Origin: Macrostomum hystrix
Taxonomy: Eukaryota; Animalia; Platyhelminthes
Assembly: GCA_950097015.1 (NCBI GenBank)
Contig: CATNEN010000039.1
Location: forward strand, 9,796,001 to 9,860,000
Length of the DNA stretch: 64,000 bases
Reading direction: 5' to 3'
The position numbers and the translations under genes are program-made. The notes below the pieces were generated by a model. That model saw only the letters and a list, made by a program, of their open reading frames with translations, was not told the origin of the DNA and made no database searches. Shown here piece after piece: positions 11,314-24,987 of this stretch (position 1 is its first letter; every line of letters begins with the position of its first letter).

Positions 11314-14300
11314 ATGGTTCGCTTGTTCCGCGCAGCAATTCGTAAGGGCCAATGGAATCGAACCCTGGGCTACACTGGCCTCGTCGGCCGGCCGCATCCG
11401 CTGCTGTCCTCCTGCGTGTCTGTCTGCCTGATTGCAGCAGCTTGTTGGGCCAGCGGCGCGCATCACCGCCTGTGGCCGGGCCAGCCGCCGCTCGATGCAG
11501 CCGCCCTGATCGCTTCCGATCTGGCCGCGCTTCCAGGTGAGCTGCTGCCCTGCATTTTCGCCTCGCAGGTGTCTAACAGGTATCTAATTTGTCTAACAGG
11601 TAAATAATTTGTCTAACAGGCTACTAATTATCTACTGAACATACCTGTTAGACATACTTAGCTATGTCTAACAGGTTGTTGATGTATCTGACAGGTAAGT
11701 ACCCGTGACTAACAGTTCTCTTCTCATCCCCTTCTCCCTCATCTCCCTTCTCCCTCATCTCCCATCACCTCCTGTCTCCCATCAGGTGCTTCTGATGGGA
11801 GGGAAGAATCCAAGATTGGAGGAGATCGAGGGAGGGACATGAAGAGGTGCCCCTACTCTTGTGCTGCACACCTGTGCCAAAAGCTGTCAGGTGACTACCG
11901 TGTGTAGGGAAATTTAAGCCGGTTTTCAAATTGCGTGATGGATATTAATCCCCCGGCTCGGCTGGCAGTGGCAAAATTGAGTTAATTTTTTTTTGCTTTG
12001 AGCAGCAATCTCAGTTTACTGCCCATACCGGCTTCCTTCCTCTTTCACTACCGAGCTCTGCGGCTTCCCTCATCCTCACTGCCTTCCGCATCTGCAGTTG
12101 AACTCAGCCAATGTGGACATCATGTGACAGATTTGCACGCTGAATGCGCGAATCGACATAGGCGTGAGTGACAGGCCATGATAGGTACTCTGAGTAAGTA
12201 GTGATCGATAATCGATAAGAGTGACAGACTGAAGGAAAGAGAGTGACAGACTGAAGGACAGAGAGTGACAGACTGAAGGACAGAGAGTGACAGACTGAAG
12301 GACAGAGAGTGACAGACTGAAGGACAGAGAGTGACAGACTGAAGGAAAGAGAGTGACAGACTGAAGGACAGAGAGTGACAGACTGAAGGACAGAGAGTGA
12401 CAGACTGAAGGACAGAGAGTGACAGACTGAATATAAAATAATTCAATCCGAAAACTCGGGGGAACCCGTACAGCATAAGACACGGATGCATCACACATTG
12501 CCTCGTTTGGAAAACAACAGCACTTAAGGGCTAGACACAATGCAGCACAAGGAAATCTGAATAATTAAAGGGCCGGAGTCTGCAGCAGTCAGAGCCCGGG
12601 CTGGCACTGAAACCTGTGCGGGATTAATTATCCCGTATTCCTACCTGTGCTAAACCCTTGAACCGTCTCTGATTAAACTTGCGCCCAATGAGCCCTCTCT
12701 CCCTTTCTCTTCTCTCCCCCAATTCCAGTCTCGTTTTTACATTCGTGTCTCAAAAATAGTGCTTCAATAAAGACTGGGCATGATTAAGGCTATGGGATTA
12801 CATAGATCATGAATAGATTAGTAGTTGGGATCTCTGGGCTGACATTCGAACTCCCAACCTCCGGATCAAAGTTCGGAGCTTTAACTGCTGGGAAATAGGT
12901 TAATTAAGTTTATCGTCAGCTGGCTAATAGGCCTAATTATCAAGCTAGCTACCATTTGTACTTTTATAAGCTGTTTATAAGTTCGCGTAATCAACAGTCA
13001 AGTCTTGAAGCTGAACTCAATTCGCATCTCAAAAGTTGCTATGCTTTTAACTGTCTTCCATTTGCACCTGCTGCTAGAAAGGCGGCTTTATTTAGAACCG
13101 GAACGATCTGGATTATCCCTCGCGTACCTCCAGCCCAGCAAGGAGATTCCCCTGCAACCACACGTGAAAAATATCCCATTGCCCCGTTTAAAATTCCCCA
13201 TTAGTTGCCAATGACAACAGCCTTGTGCCTGTGGGAAGAATGGGAGGAGGGGGAGAAGCAAACAGGCAAAAACATTGGGGTTGTGGTCCATGGGAGGGGT
13301 GGGTGCGACTGGCTCGCCTTTTTAAACTATTTCCTGTTTAGTTGCATTAAATGTCATTTCCTATATTTGCAATAGCTCTGAAAATATGACATTTCACAAG
13401 TCTTGCTCTTCCTCACCACAGATCAGTTTTTTTCTCACCCTGCCTCATCTATTCCATTTCTCGTCCCACCGCTGTCTCATATCAACAATGTCGCATCTCT
13501 CCCCTCTCTCATCTCTCCACTGTCTCATATTTTCTCTGTCTCATCACTCTACTGTCGCATCTCTCCCCTGTCCCATCTCTCCCCATCTCATCTCTCCCCT
13601 GTCTCATCTCTCCCCTGTCTCATCTCTCCCCTTTCTCATCTCTCCCCATCTCATCTCTCCCCTGTCTCATCTCTCCCCTGTCTCATCTCTCCCCTTTCTC
13701 ATCTCTCCCCTGTCATATCTCTCTCCTATGTCTCTCCCCTATGTCTCATCTCTCCACCGTCTCATCTCTCAACTGTCTCATCTCTCAACTGTCTCATCTC
13801 TCCCCTGTCTCATCTCTCCCCTGTCTCATCTCTCCCCTTTCTCATCTCTCCCCTGTCATATCTCTCTCCTATGTCTCTCCCCTATGTCTCATCTCTCCAC
13901 CGTCTCATCTCTCAACTGTCTCATCTCTCCCCTGTCTCATCTCATGTTTGTCCCACGTCTCTCCATTTAATCCTGCACATAGCCATCTTTCTCATTTGAC
14001 CAGCAAACTATAAAGTTGATCAACCTCGGCGCATAATGAAAATTCAACCCATCTGGCGGCTTAACTAAAGATCCCACCGATTTGCCTAATTCCCACGCAG
14101 TTAATCAACTGGTGGGCGCCAGCAGCCGCCACCTGCTGTCCAGCAGCTCATCTTCTTTCGATCCGAACAAGACCTACTACAATGGCATGTGCCAGAAGGT
14201 GGCTCACACTCCCAAGAATTCATTTTCGCTCGAGTCCTGCGATGTTGAAAAAGGCACTGGCTACGGTGGAGCCTTCATTGCGCTGTACACATTCTTGACC

Positions 14301-17300
14301 ATTGTGACATTCATTGGTGAGTCAGGCGTTGCTGTGCAGCAATTTCTTTGTTGTCTATTGTCTAGCTGGAGAAGCCAGTTTGTCCAAATTTTATAATAAA
14401 GTCTCATAAACAAGTTGATCAGAGTTTCTTATCTATTTTAACAAACTAAGTGTTTCTCCTTGGTTTAGACTCAGTCTCATCCAGACCCCAGAATGAGTAG
14501 TTTCCTGAGCTGCTCAGCTGAGAGCCCATTGTACTCTGCATTGAATTAGAAGGATAGTTGGTCAAGGAGCATTGCACAATGGAATGCCAAAATGCAGAAT
14601 TTCTACAGACTCATTAGACCAAGCAACATCACCATGGCGACCGAGTGGCAACAATAATTCTAGCAGCGCTTCTGGCCCTCTCTAAATAGGACAATGCCCC
14701 CTACTTACTTTATCATTATTTACAAGGAAGGGCATCAGGGCGATTGCAAAATAAAAGCAGTGCCTGCTGCTGCTGCGCAATCATTATTGAGCCTGCCCGC
14801 CCCCACCTCACTCCTTCCTTCCTTCCCTCCTTCCGCCGCACTAAAAGGGCAGAATCCTGAGCGCTAGACCGGATCGGACCGGATCACCAAAGTTGCACGC
14901 TTGTAGGTCGCCCGACTTGGCCAGACAATGCGGAGCTGGGGTGGGCCTGGTAATAATTTTGGGTTGGGGGGATCAGGGCCTCGTCCTCAGCCGCCTGTCG
15001 CCAAGGACAACGCCGCTTTGGGCCAAACATCGTCCGCTCCCAGACTGTAGGACACCGCATTCCCCTGTACACGAGGTCGGTGTCCCCATGATTGTCCCCA
15101 CCTCCTCACTCCCATTCTCCGCTCTGCCCCTCTCGCGCCTGCTTTTCTCCTCTATGAAATTTCATCCCGACAGAAAAGAGCTAAAAGTACCAGCAGCGAA
15201 GAACGCGCGGCCCTTCTATGTTTCGTCCCAGCCAAATGTCACCCACGCACCCCCTGCCACCTCCAGTTCCCGGCCTCCTTATCCCAAAGGTAACAATCAG
15301 GGAACCAATGCTTCCCAACTGCACTCAGGTTGACGCACGCTGAATAATTGCTAAACTTGAGTCCGTACTCAACTGTGAACTATTGTTGACACTGGGAGAG
15401 AAAGATTGATTTTCTAGAAGCCTGCGTCTCGATTGTAGTATTTGATCAACTGGATATTTTATTTAATTCTTTCAAATAGGATTATGTGCCTAGCTACAAA
15501 GACACAGTTTTTCTTCGGGCAGGGCTCGAACTCACGACCTCTCGGTCGGAAAACCGAGGAAAACCAAAAACTGGGCCATCTACAAGCCTTCCTTGTTGAT
15601 TAATCTAGTTGATAACAAGTTACATGTGCATCTGTCACAATGTGCTTCGTTTTCACTTTCCTTACTCAGCTGTGGCCATTGTATGTGACGACTTCTTTGT
15701 GCCCTCGTTGGAGGCGATCTCGGAGAAGCTCAAGCTGTCCGAGGATGTGGCCGGAGCCACCTTCATGGCCGCCGGCTCATCCGCTCCCGAGCTGTTCAGC
15801 TCAATGTCCGCGGTTGCCATGGACTCTGACGCCGGTGTTGGCACCATTGCTGGGTAAGACATGTGGCTTAGTCTAACAGGGGACAACCTTGTCTAACAGG
15901 GGATAACCTTGTCTAACATGGGATAACCTTGTCTAACATGGGATAACCTTGTCTAACAGGGGACAACCTTGTCTAACAGGGGATAACCTTGTCTAACATG
16001 GGATAACCTTGTCTAACATGGGATAACCTTGTCTAACAGGGGACAACCTTGTCCAACAGGGGATAACCTTGTCTAACATGGGATAACCTTGTCTAACAGG
16101 GGACAACCTTGTCTAACAGGGGATAACCTTGTCTAACAGGTGACAACCTTGTCTAACAGGGGATAACCTTGTCTAACATGGGATAAACTTGTCTAACAGG
16201 GGATAACCTTGTCTAACAGGGGACAACCTTGTCTAACATGGGATAACCTTGTCTAACAGGGGATAACCTTGTCTAACAGGGGACAACCTTGTCTAACAGG
16301 GGATAACCTTGTCTAACATGGGATAACCTTGTCTAACAGGGGACAACCTTGTCTAACAGGGGATAACCTTGTCTAACAGGGGACAACCTTGTCCAACAGG
16401 GGATAACCTTGTCTAACAGGGGACAACCTTGTCTAACAGGGGATAACCTTGTCTAACATGGGATAACCTTGTCTAACAGGGGATAACCTTGTCTAACAGG
16501 GGATAACCTTGTCTAACAGGGGATAACCTTGTCTAACAGGGGATAACCTTGTCTAACATGGGATAACCTTGTCTAACAGGGGATAACCTTGTCTAACATG
16601 GGATAACCTTGTCTAACACGGGATAAACTTGTCTAACATGGGATAAACTTGTCTAACAGGGGATAACCTTGTCTAACAGGGGACAACCTTGTCTAACAGG
16701 GGATAACCTTGTCTAGCAGGGGATAACCTTGTCTCTTTTTTAAAGGGTATAGAAATATAAAATTATATGATTATGTAAATGATTATTTCACTGCCGTCTG
16801 TGACTTTGGAATTAAGCTTACTTCTCGTCAATTATTCCTAATTTCAGGTCCGCCGTGTTCAACATTCTAATCATTGTGTCATTCAGCGCCGCCTTCGCTG
16901 GAAAGGTGAGCGAACGTGGCAAGGTACTCGTAAGAATTAAGAATGCGATAATGTCAGTAACCAATGACGCCAATGCTACTATTCAAGGTGCTCCATCTGG
17001 ATTGGCGCCCGTTGGCACGCGACTCTGTGTGGTACCTGATATCCGTGATCTACTTCATCATCATGGTGATGGACAGTCTCACACAAATCTGGGAGTCCAT
17101 TGTGCTGCTAGTTCTTTACGCACTGTACATTGTCACCATGGTGTTCAACAAGCGACTCATGATCAAACTGGCTGAGCTGGAAGCCATGCTGTGCGGAAAG
17201 TGAGTAGAGATACGATGAGTAGATATATGACTGGATCACCTGTGACTCACAGATGTGACTGGATCACCTGTGACTCACAGATGTGACTGGATCACCTGTG

Positions 17301-20300
17301 ACTCACTGATGTGACTGGATCACTTGTGACTCACTGATGTGACTGGGTTCTGTGACTCACTGATGTGACTGGATCACCTGTGACTCACTGATGTGACTGG
17401 ATCACTTGTGACTCACTGATGTGACTGGATCACTTGTGACTCACTGATGTGACTGGATCACCTGTGACTCACAGATGTGACTGGATCACCTGTGACTCAC
17501 TGATGTGACTGGATCACCTGTGACTCACTGATGTGACTGGATCACCTGTGACTCACTGATGTGACTGGATCACCTGTGACTCACTGATGTGACTGGATCA
17601 CCTGTGACTCACTGATGTGACTGGATCACCTGTGACTCACTGATGTGACTGGATCACCTGTGACTCACTGATGTGACTGGATCACCTGTGACTCACTGAT
17701 GTGACTGGATCACCTGTGACTCACAGATGTGACTGGATCACCTGTGACTCACTGATGTGACTGGATCACTTGTGACTCACTGATGTGACTGGGTTCTGTG
17801 ACTCACTGATGTGACTGGATCACCTGTGACTCACTGATGTGACTGGATCACTTGTGACTCACTGATGTGACTGGATCACTTGTGACTCACTGATGTGACT
17901 GGATCACCTGTGACTCACTGATGTGACTGGATCACCTGTGACTCACTGATGTGACTGGATCACCTGTGACTCACTGATGTGACTGGATCACCTGTGACTC
18001 ACTGATGGGACTGGATCACCTGTGACTCACAGATGTGACTGGATCACCTGTGACTCACAGATGTGACTGGATCACCTGTGACTCACTGATGTGACTGGAT
18101 CACCTGTGACTCACAGATGTGACTGGATCACCTGTGACTCTGGTGGCTTGTCTTTATCCCGCTCAGGACCAAGGTGGAGCCAGTGGACACGGAGTCTCAG
18201 ATGCAGCCGGTTGCCTCAGCCCAACCGCCGCTAACGCCGGCACCGCCGCCTGAGGGAGCTCGCGAGGTGAGTTGCTGAAATTTTTAGTACAGAACTATAT
18301 CGATTTTTGATTTTCATTGAAGTGTGTGTAGAATTATAAATAACCAACTCATTCTCCCGAATAATGATATTTGCACAGCAACAAAGTCGATACCAGACGG
18401 TATGCTCTATGCACCTTTCTTTTTAGGTCCAATGCTAAATTTTACTTTAAAATTTTGAAAAGGCCTTTATTTAAGTTAATAAATTGTTGCTTCACATTGT
18501 GATCACGTAATTATTATTCAAACATAAACACAAAATTATATTTAAATTGACATATGTACATTTTTTGCGAATCATGGTTCGTAAAACGTATGTGAAAACA
18601 TTTTTCGATTTTATCGTTTAAGAATTATAGCTTTTAGTTTCCTGATTGGCTGCTGTCACATTCTCTCCGTGTCCTCAGTCTCCTGATTGGCTGCTGTCGC
18701 ATTCTCTCCGTGTCCTCAGTCTCCTGATTGGCTGCTGTCGCATTCTCTCCGTGTCCCCAGTCTCCTGATTGGCTGCTGTCACATTCTCTCCGTGTCCTCA
18801 GTCTCCTGATTGGCTGCTGTCGCATTCTCTCCGTGTCCTCAGTCTCCTGATTGGCTGCTGTCGCATTCTCTCCGTGTCCCCAGTCTCCTGATTGGCTGCT
18901 GTCGCATTCTCTCCGTGTCCTCAGTCTCCTGATTGGCTGCTGTCGCATTCTCTCCGTGTCCTCAGTCTCCTGATTGGCTGCTGTCGCATTCTCTCCGTGT
19001 CCTCAGTCTCCTGATTGGCTGCTGTCGCATTCTCTCCGTGTCCTCAGTCTCCTGATTGGCTGCTGTCACCCGGTCTTGTGCAATGCCGTCAAAACCCGCC
19101 ACCCTCAGCTCGCCTCCGTGTCCAACTCGAGCCTTCGCAGCAGTCAACGCGAGCCGCGGGTCTTCAAGCACGACAGGCGCAACTCCCTCCTGCTCAGCGG
19201 CTCGCGGCAGAGCCTTCGCGGTGGCGGCACCGGCTCGCGGCAAAGCCTTCGCGGCGACTCGAGCAGGCGGAAGAGCCTAGCGGTGAGTCGCTCTCAGACG
19301 ATCTCTGGGCCGATAGCAGTCCCCGGCGCAACTTATAAATAATCTGTGCCTCAAACTCGCCTTCACAGACCGAATCCTCACCTCATCCGCCGCCGGCGCC
19401 GCCGTCCTACGCCGTGGCCGTCGACAATGAGGGCGTCACCCAGGTTGGCGGCCTGCCAGACAGCGGGGTGCCCAGCACCTGCCACAACAGCGCGGCGACG
19501 CTGAGCGAGTCGGAGCTGCGCAATCTGCACGCCGACTCGGCCGCTAGCGGCAGCAGGTCTCTTTGAGGGATCGAGTTTGCACTTTTAAGGAATCGGTCCA
19601 GTCTTTGATGCTTTAAACTAGGGGTTGGCAACCTCCGGCCCGCTGGCCAGATGCGGCCCTCGAAGCTCCCAAATCCGGCCCTTAGCTCCTCCTAACACCC
19701 TCTACAGTACATCTCATCTCTCCTCAGTCTCATATCTCCCCTGTCTCATCTCTCCCCTGTCTCATCTCTCCCCTGTCTCATCTCTCCCCTGTCTCATCTC
19801 TCCCCTGTCTCATCTCTCCCCTATCTCATCTCTCCCCTGTCTCATCTCTCCCCTGTCTCATCTCTCCCCTTTTTCATCTCTCCCCTGTCTCATCTCTCTT
19901 GCGTCTTATCTCCCCCGTCTCATCTCTCACCTGTCTGATCTCTCCTGTGTCTCATCTCTCCCCTTTTTCATCTCTCCCCTGTCTCATCTCTCCCCTTTTT
20001 CATATCTCCCCTGTCTCATCTCTCCCCTTTTTCATCCCTCCCCTGTCTCATCTCTCCCCTTTTTCATCTCTCCCCTGTCTCATCTCTCCCCTTTTTCATC
20101 TCTCCCCTGTCTCATCTCTCTTGCGTCTTATCTCCCCCGTCTCATCTCTCACCTGTCTGATCTCTCCTGTGTCTCATCTCTCCCCTTTCTTCATGCGGCC
20201 CGCCGTCGTCTTTAAGATTCTCTCTTAAATAAGAATAAAAAATTTCATTTTTTATGTGATTACTTCGTATTTGAGATTGGCCTTCGCTTGTAGATTTCTA

Positions 20301-23231
20301 GAAATCATACCAAAGACTACAGAATCAGCTCAAGCAACTCGCACAATTCGAATGTTTATAATTAGATTTAACCATCACCAGGCACCACCGGCTATCGACC
20401 GACACCACGGGGTCCACCGACTCGCCAACCACAGTCACCAGCCTGCTGGCAACCCCGCCGGCACAGGCCGCTCACATCAGCACCATCCAGGAGGTAACCG
20501 TGCTCAGCTCCTACGCTTTCCCCTGCTCTTCATGCTGCTCCTTCCCCCATTTCTTCCTGTTCCTTCCCCCGTTGATCATGAATGCAAGTAGATAGTTTCC
20601 GCACCTCTCCAGGAGTCCCAGTCAGTCGCGGCCGGGTCAAGCAACGGCCTGGTTGCAGCAGAAGCTGCCAAGACCGAGGAGGAAGAGGAGGAGGAAGAGG
20701 TGGCCCGCATGAGCTGCTGCTGCTCTTGCTGCCCGGACATCCGCGGCGCCCCGCCGCAGCGAGAGGACGATTTCGGCTTTCGCGACTGGCTGATCTATGT
20801 TCTCAAGTGGATTGTCTTCGTGCTGGCTCTGCCGTTCATTGTGGCGTACAGCATGACCATTCCCGACTGCTCCAGGCCGCACCTAAAGTGAGTTTTTCCC
20901 CTAGAAATTAGATGGGATAAACTTCCAATCAAATGGATAGACCTGCAAGCTCAAGGGAATCGGGCGACAGTCGACCCGCAGCCAGCATGTAGGATATTCT
21001 GTCCGCTCCACACGCACACAGGTGTCTGCCCTGACTTTCTCATTGTCAGGTAGTGTACACTCTCACTGTGCCTTGGTGGTTGGCCCTCAATGGCGTAAAT
21101 TAAACGACAAGCCCCCAGGCTTTCTCGGCGGCGCCCCAAATGAATGTGGCCTCGGCGCGGAATCGAGCTCAGGGACCTTGGAGAGTGTGGCGAGCTATTA
21201 ATGTACGAACCCTAAAAACTCCGTTCCGCTCTACTCAAACTTCACAGGAAGTACTTCCTAGTGAGCTTCTTCATCTCCGTGCTGTGGATTGCCGGCATTT
21301 CATTCGCCATGGTGACAGTGGTGGCCAAGCTGGGCTGCCTGCTGGGTATTGACACCTTCGTGATGGCCATCACGGTGCTGGCTGCCGGCACTAGCATCCC
21401 GGTGAGCTCGGGGGGCCGCTTCGCACCTGCCAACTTAGATTTCTGGATTACAATATCCTGAATTGCGTAGTGTTTGGCCTGTGGTAATGCGGCGTTTCTA
21501 TTTTTAGTAACGTTTTTCTGGGAATCACTTTACCATGCGACTGACAGCAGCCAATCAAATTTCTGATGGCCATCTAATTGACCGAGGGGTTATTCTTAGA
21601 AACTTTGTATGTATGGAATCCTTTAATAGTAGCAATACCACGCTATTTCGAGCTGGGGAAAGACCATGGGGGTATTTCAAGCCAGACCCCACTGCCTAAT
21701 TCGCGATAGCTCCAAAACTGAATGACCAATTTTCGTGAAAGTCCACCACATCGATCAGAACTTTCCGCCCTTTACGATAAACTAACATTCAAAACCGTCT
21801 GACGTCAGCATCACCGAGATATTCAGCGATTCTTGTCAAAGACTCTATTCAGTAATATTGTACCAGTATTGGTGATTTTTGCCTTCAAACACCCAGACGA
21901 GAATCGTTGAATATCTCGACGATGCCGACGATGCAGAAAATATGTAGGTATTAAAAAAACATTGAGTTCTTTCTGTTAACCACTGCCTCGGAGCGCGGGA
22001 CTGATCGCAGCCAATGACGTCACTTGCCTATTTGTATCGACCGAGGCAGCCGTGCTGCTATTTTTAGAAACGCTTGCGAGGAACGCTGTTTTTATTTCTT
22101 CTCGGGCCAAGTAGACAATCTTTTTTGAAGGCCACTATATTACCAGTAGAACTACCAAGGGGATTCCACCCTTACTATTTCTTTTGCTGCACCCAAACGG
22201 AGCAACGCAAAAACACGGGCAAAAATTTTTGTTGCGTTTCTTCTGAAACAAGAATCAAGTCTCCAGCTCTTAGACCGTCGAGATATTCAATGGTTCTGGC
22301 CGATGGTCGGATTTTTCCCATAAGAGCTAGTGAATTTAATACACGCCTATACACGCATTAGCACTGCGCCTCAGTGCGGCCTTGCCAGGCCTTCAGAATT
22401 TTTCAGCATGTCACCCGAATGTGCCTGCGTCATCTCCGTCTTCGGTGGTGACCTAGCTTTATCTAGACGGACTGCTGGACCTTCAAGGGCTACAACAGGT
22501 GTAACTATACCACTATTGACGCTCTGACGCTAAATTCTCCGATTTCAATGATCAACCATCGCCTAGTCTGTCAACCAATCAGTCACCACCCATCGCTATT
22601 TGCATTCGAGCGCTGCCAAAAAAATTTAAAGGGGGGGAGAAATTCCCCCTTGGTATAAAAACGGGTCGCAAAATCTCAAATAGACTAAAATCTCTCCAAT
22701 CAGCAGGAAATACAATCCAGTCCCTCTAACAATAACTCAATCTTGCTGTCTCTCTCCAGGATCTGCTGAGCTCCATCATCGTCGCCCGGGACGGCTTTGC
22801 CGACATGGCCATCTCCAACGCCATCGGATCCAACGTGTTCGACATCGACGTGGGCCTCGGCCTGCCGTTCTTTATCAGGCTGCTCATCAACAAGGCGGAG
22901 CCGCTGGATGTGTTCAGCGAGGATGAACGGGTGAGACTTATGAAGAATCTATATGAGCAATCTTGCACTGACTGCATTAGGCAATGAATTGAAAGTCTCA
23001 AGTTCGTCTACCATCAACCCCTAGCGCGACTACTGTGAGGGCAGGATGCGCATGATGGTGCACGTGAAATTCGGCCTCATCCTCATCATTGTGCTGGCCA
23101 TCACTCTGGGCATTATGTTTGCTGCCCGGCTAAAGATTGGCAAACTGGTAGCGGCCATCCTGTTCATGCTTTACCTGGTGTTTCTCGCCTACGCATTCGT
23201 GCAGCAATTCGCCTGCCGAAATGTCTGCTGA
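11314..23231 (+). CDS. SLC24: K+-dependent Na+/Ca2+ exchanger (SLC24/NCKX family); exons 11314-11536, 14101-14316, 15670-15853, 16848-16905, 16988-17199, 18167-18266, 19109-19282, 19369-19556, 20382-20493, 20613-20887, 21248-21401, 22760-22930, 23025-23231
   Basis: [11 protein letters not shown], alpha-1 [35 protein letters not shown], alpha-2 LAAGTSIP|DL and [10 protein letters not shown]; GT-AG junctions with consistent phases; first exon and loop exons less certain. Confidence 0.9.
12219..12430. repeat. 22-bp intronic tandem array (GAGTGACAGACTGAAGGACAGA)n
   Basis: About 9-10 units. Confidence 0.95.
13470..13965. repeat. Pyrimidine-rich 16-bp minisatellite (TCTCATCTCTCCCCTG)n
   Basis: Degenerate tandem units; same motif at 19710-20190 and 59965-60290. 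Confidence 0.9.
15871..16734. repeat. 20-bp intronic tandem array (GTCTAACAGGGGATAACCTT)n
   Basis: About 43 units. Confidence 0.97.
17228..18140. repeat. 28-bp intronic tandem array (GTGACTGGATCACCTGTGACTCACTGAT)n
   Basis: About 32 units filling almost the whole intron. Confidence 0.97.
18640..19068. repeat. 41-bp intronic tandem array with a CTGATTGGCT motif
   Basis: About 10 units of CTCCTGATTGGCTGCTGTCGCATTCTCTCCGTGTCCTCAGT. Confidence 0.95.
19619..20226 (+). mobile_element. hAT-type MITE, right end truncated, filled with minisatellite
   Basis: GGGGTTGGCAACCTCCGGCCCGCTGGCCAGATGCGGCCCTCGAAGCTCCCAAATCCGGCCC matches the 59876 copy. Confidence 0.7.
21005..21195 (-). mobile_element. SINE family A fragment
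   Basis: TCTGCCCTGACTTTCTCAT...CTGTGCCTTGG...GGAATCGAGCTCAGGGACC is the reverse complement of the family A body. Confidence 0.8.
22200..22630 (+). repeat. Unclassified interspersed repeat, second copy inverted at ~61370-61820
   Basis: Shared GACTGCTGGACCTTCAAGGGCTACAACAGGTG, CATGTCACCCGAATGTGCCTGC and AGACCGTCGAGATATTCAA. Confidence 0.8.
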
Positions 23232-24987
23232 CCTGTTCCACCTCACACCTGGAATCTGTGGCATCTTCAGTCACATTGAAGACTGTTTAAATGGAAGGAT
23301 TTTGTACCGACTTTAGTCTAAAACTACCGACAGATGAGAAGTAGCCACTTTAAGGTCACCTCAAGGTGTGAATGGAAATTTAACAAATAAACTTTAATAT
23401 AATTAATATAATTAAGCGTTTATGAACGAACTGCTGACGAAGTAGTCATAACATTGTACATTTAATTTCCTCTTCTAATGATTTCTAAATGTGTCTCGTC
23501 TGCAGACTCGCTGTCACCTGCGGCCTGTTGAAATATGTATAATATTATTTTCCTTGTTAACCTAGGCGCTTTTTAGGCACCTTAGAATTCCTGTCTTCTG
23601 CAAGTATAGGCCTCTCTGAAAAACATTATTTATATCTGACAATGCGATCGATAAACTTTCATTGCTCCGGTTTCTTTCGCGACTTCCTGGTAACAATGCG
23701 GCTAACAATAAGAGTGACAGATCTTAAAGGCTCGTTCTTCATGCTGCCTTAAAAAAACTGTTTTCGGTGCACTTTTAATTGATATTGAAATAGTTGATCA
23801 TTCAAAGGAATGTACAATCATGTGTTCTAACAACAATTGATGGCAGTATGAATATGGCTATATTTTTCTATATTTTGCTTTCCACTTTCAATATTCTATC
23901 AACTGTGCAACAATTATTCTTTCCTATGACCCGTGGCAATATTTGCAACAAATAATTGCAGATTCTATTTTGTTATGTTATTGAACTAAGTGAGGTCTAT
24001 AATTCTCAGCCGCTCGTAAACGCAAGCCTTAATGTTCATCTGCGAACATTATCGTGGCCTCGAAACTGATTGGTCGAAAACAAAAACTTATCGCTATTTT
24101 TAGAATTGAGTTTGTGGAAAATCCCCAAGCACGTGACCTACTGCAAGCAATCAATTTTCATAGAATGATTTTTTATTTTAAACACTGCGAATGATTGATT
24201 AAGCATAATGCCGGTACTGAATTGGTATGCGGAATACAGTACTTGTGGGTATTACGAATTTCTTCTTTAATGGCACCCGTAAACTATTTCACGCACCGTT
24301 TAAACCTCGTGCACCCAAAATTACGAGCGTAGTTTCTGATAAATTTAGAACATAACGCACGTCTGAGGTCTCTGATAATTTTATGAATTCCTTCTTTCTA
24401 GTGTGCACGCTAAATAAATGATGTGACTATCATTGATTCAAAACAAAGAAAAACAAAAATAAAACGGAAAAAAAATAATTAATACTTTAATAGCTCCTAT
24501 ATGCTGTAATATTATTATGCTTTTAGCTAAATCTATACTTGTAATGTTTAACGCTGGACAAAATACAAATACAGAATACAAAAAAATGTCTAATTTTTTG
24601 TTTATCTTCGCTGATAAGGCTGAAATGTTTAAAAAACAATAGAAAATCGAATGTTTATTTTTTTATTTAATTTGTCTTGGCTGTAGTAAGCTAGATGCAA
24701 ATGTCAGGACTTTTGTTAAATTCACAATTTTTGCACTTTCAAAACGATCTAATGGAATGATTATTTTCATAAATGAAACATCAATGCTTTGATTTATAGT
24801 GGGGCGATAAAACAAATATTTTTAACTAAATTTAAGCAAAGTTTAGAAAAGCACTTAGCGCATCAATAGTAATATTGTTATTCTCGAGAGATTATTTACA
24901 ATACTAGACTCCCTAGACTCCAAGCATCCTTGGGAAAGTCTTAATTGTGCTCGACAAGTCGACGAATTTTTTTGTGTCAGCGAAGCG

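Noticed and set aside
13386-14013. Ser/Leu/Pro-rich ORFs (also 19625-20228 and 60014-60415)
   Set aside because: Translations of the pyrimidine minisatellite inside introns or MITEs
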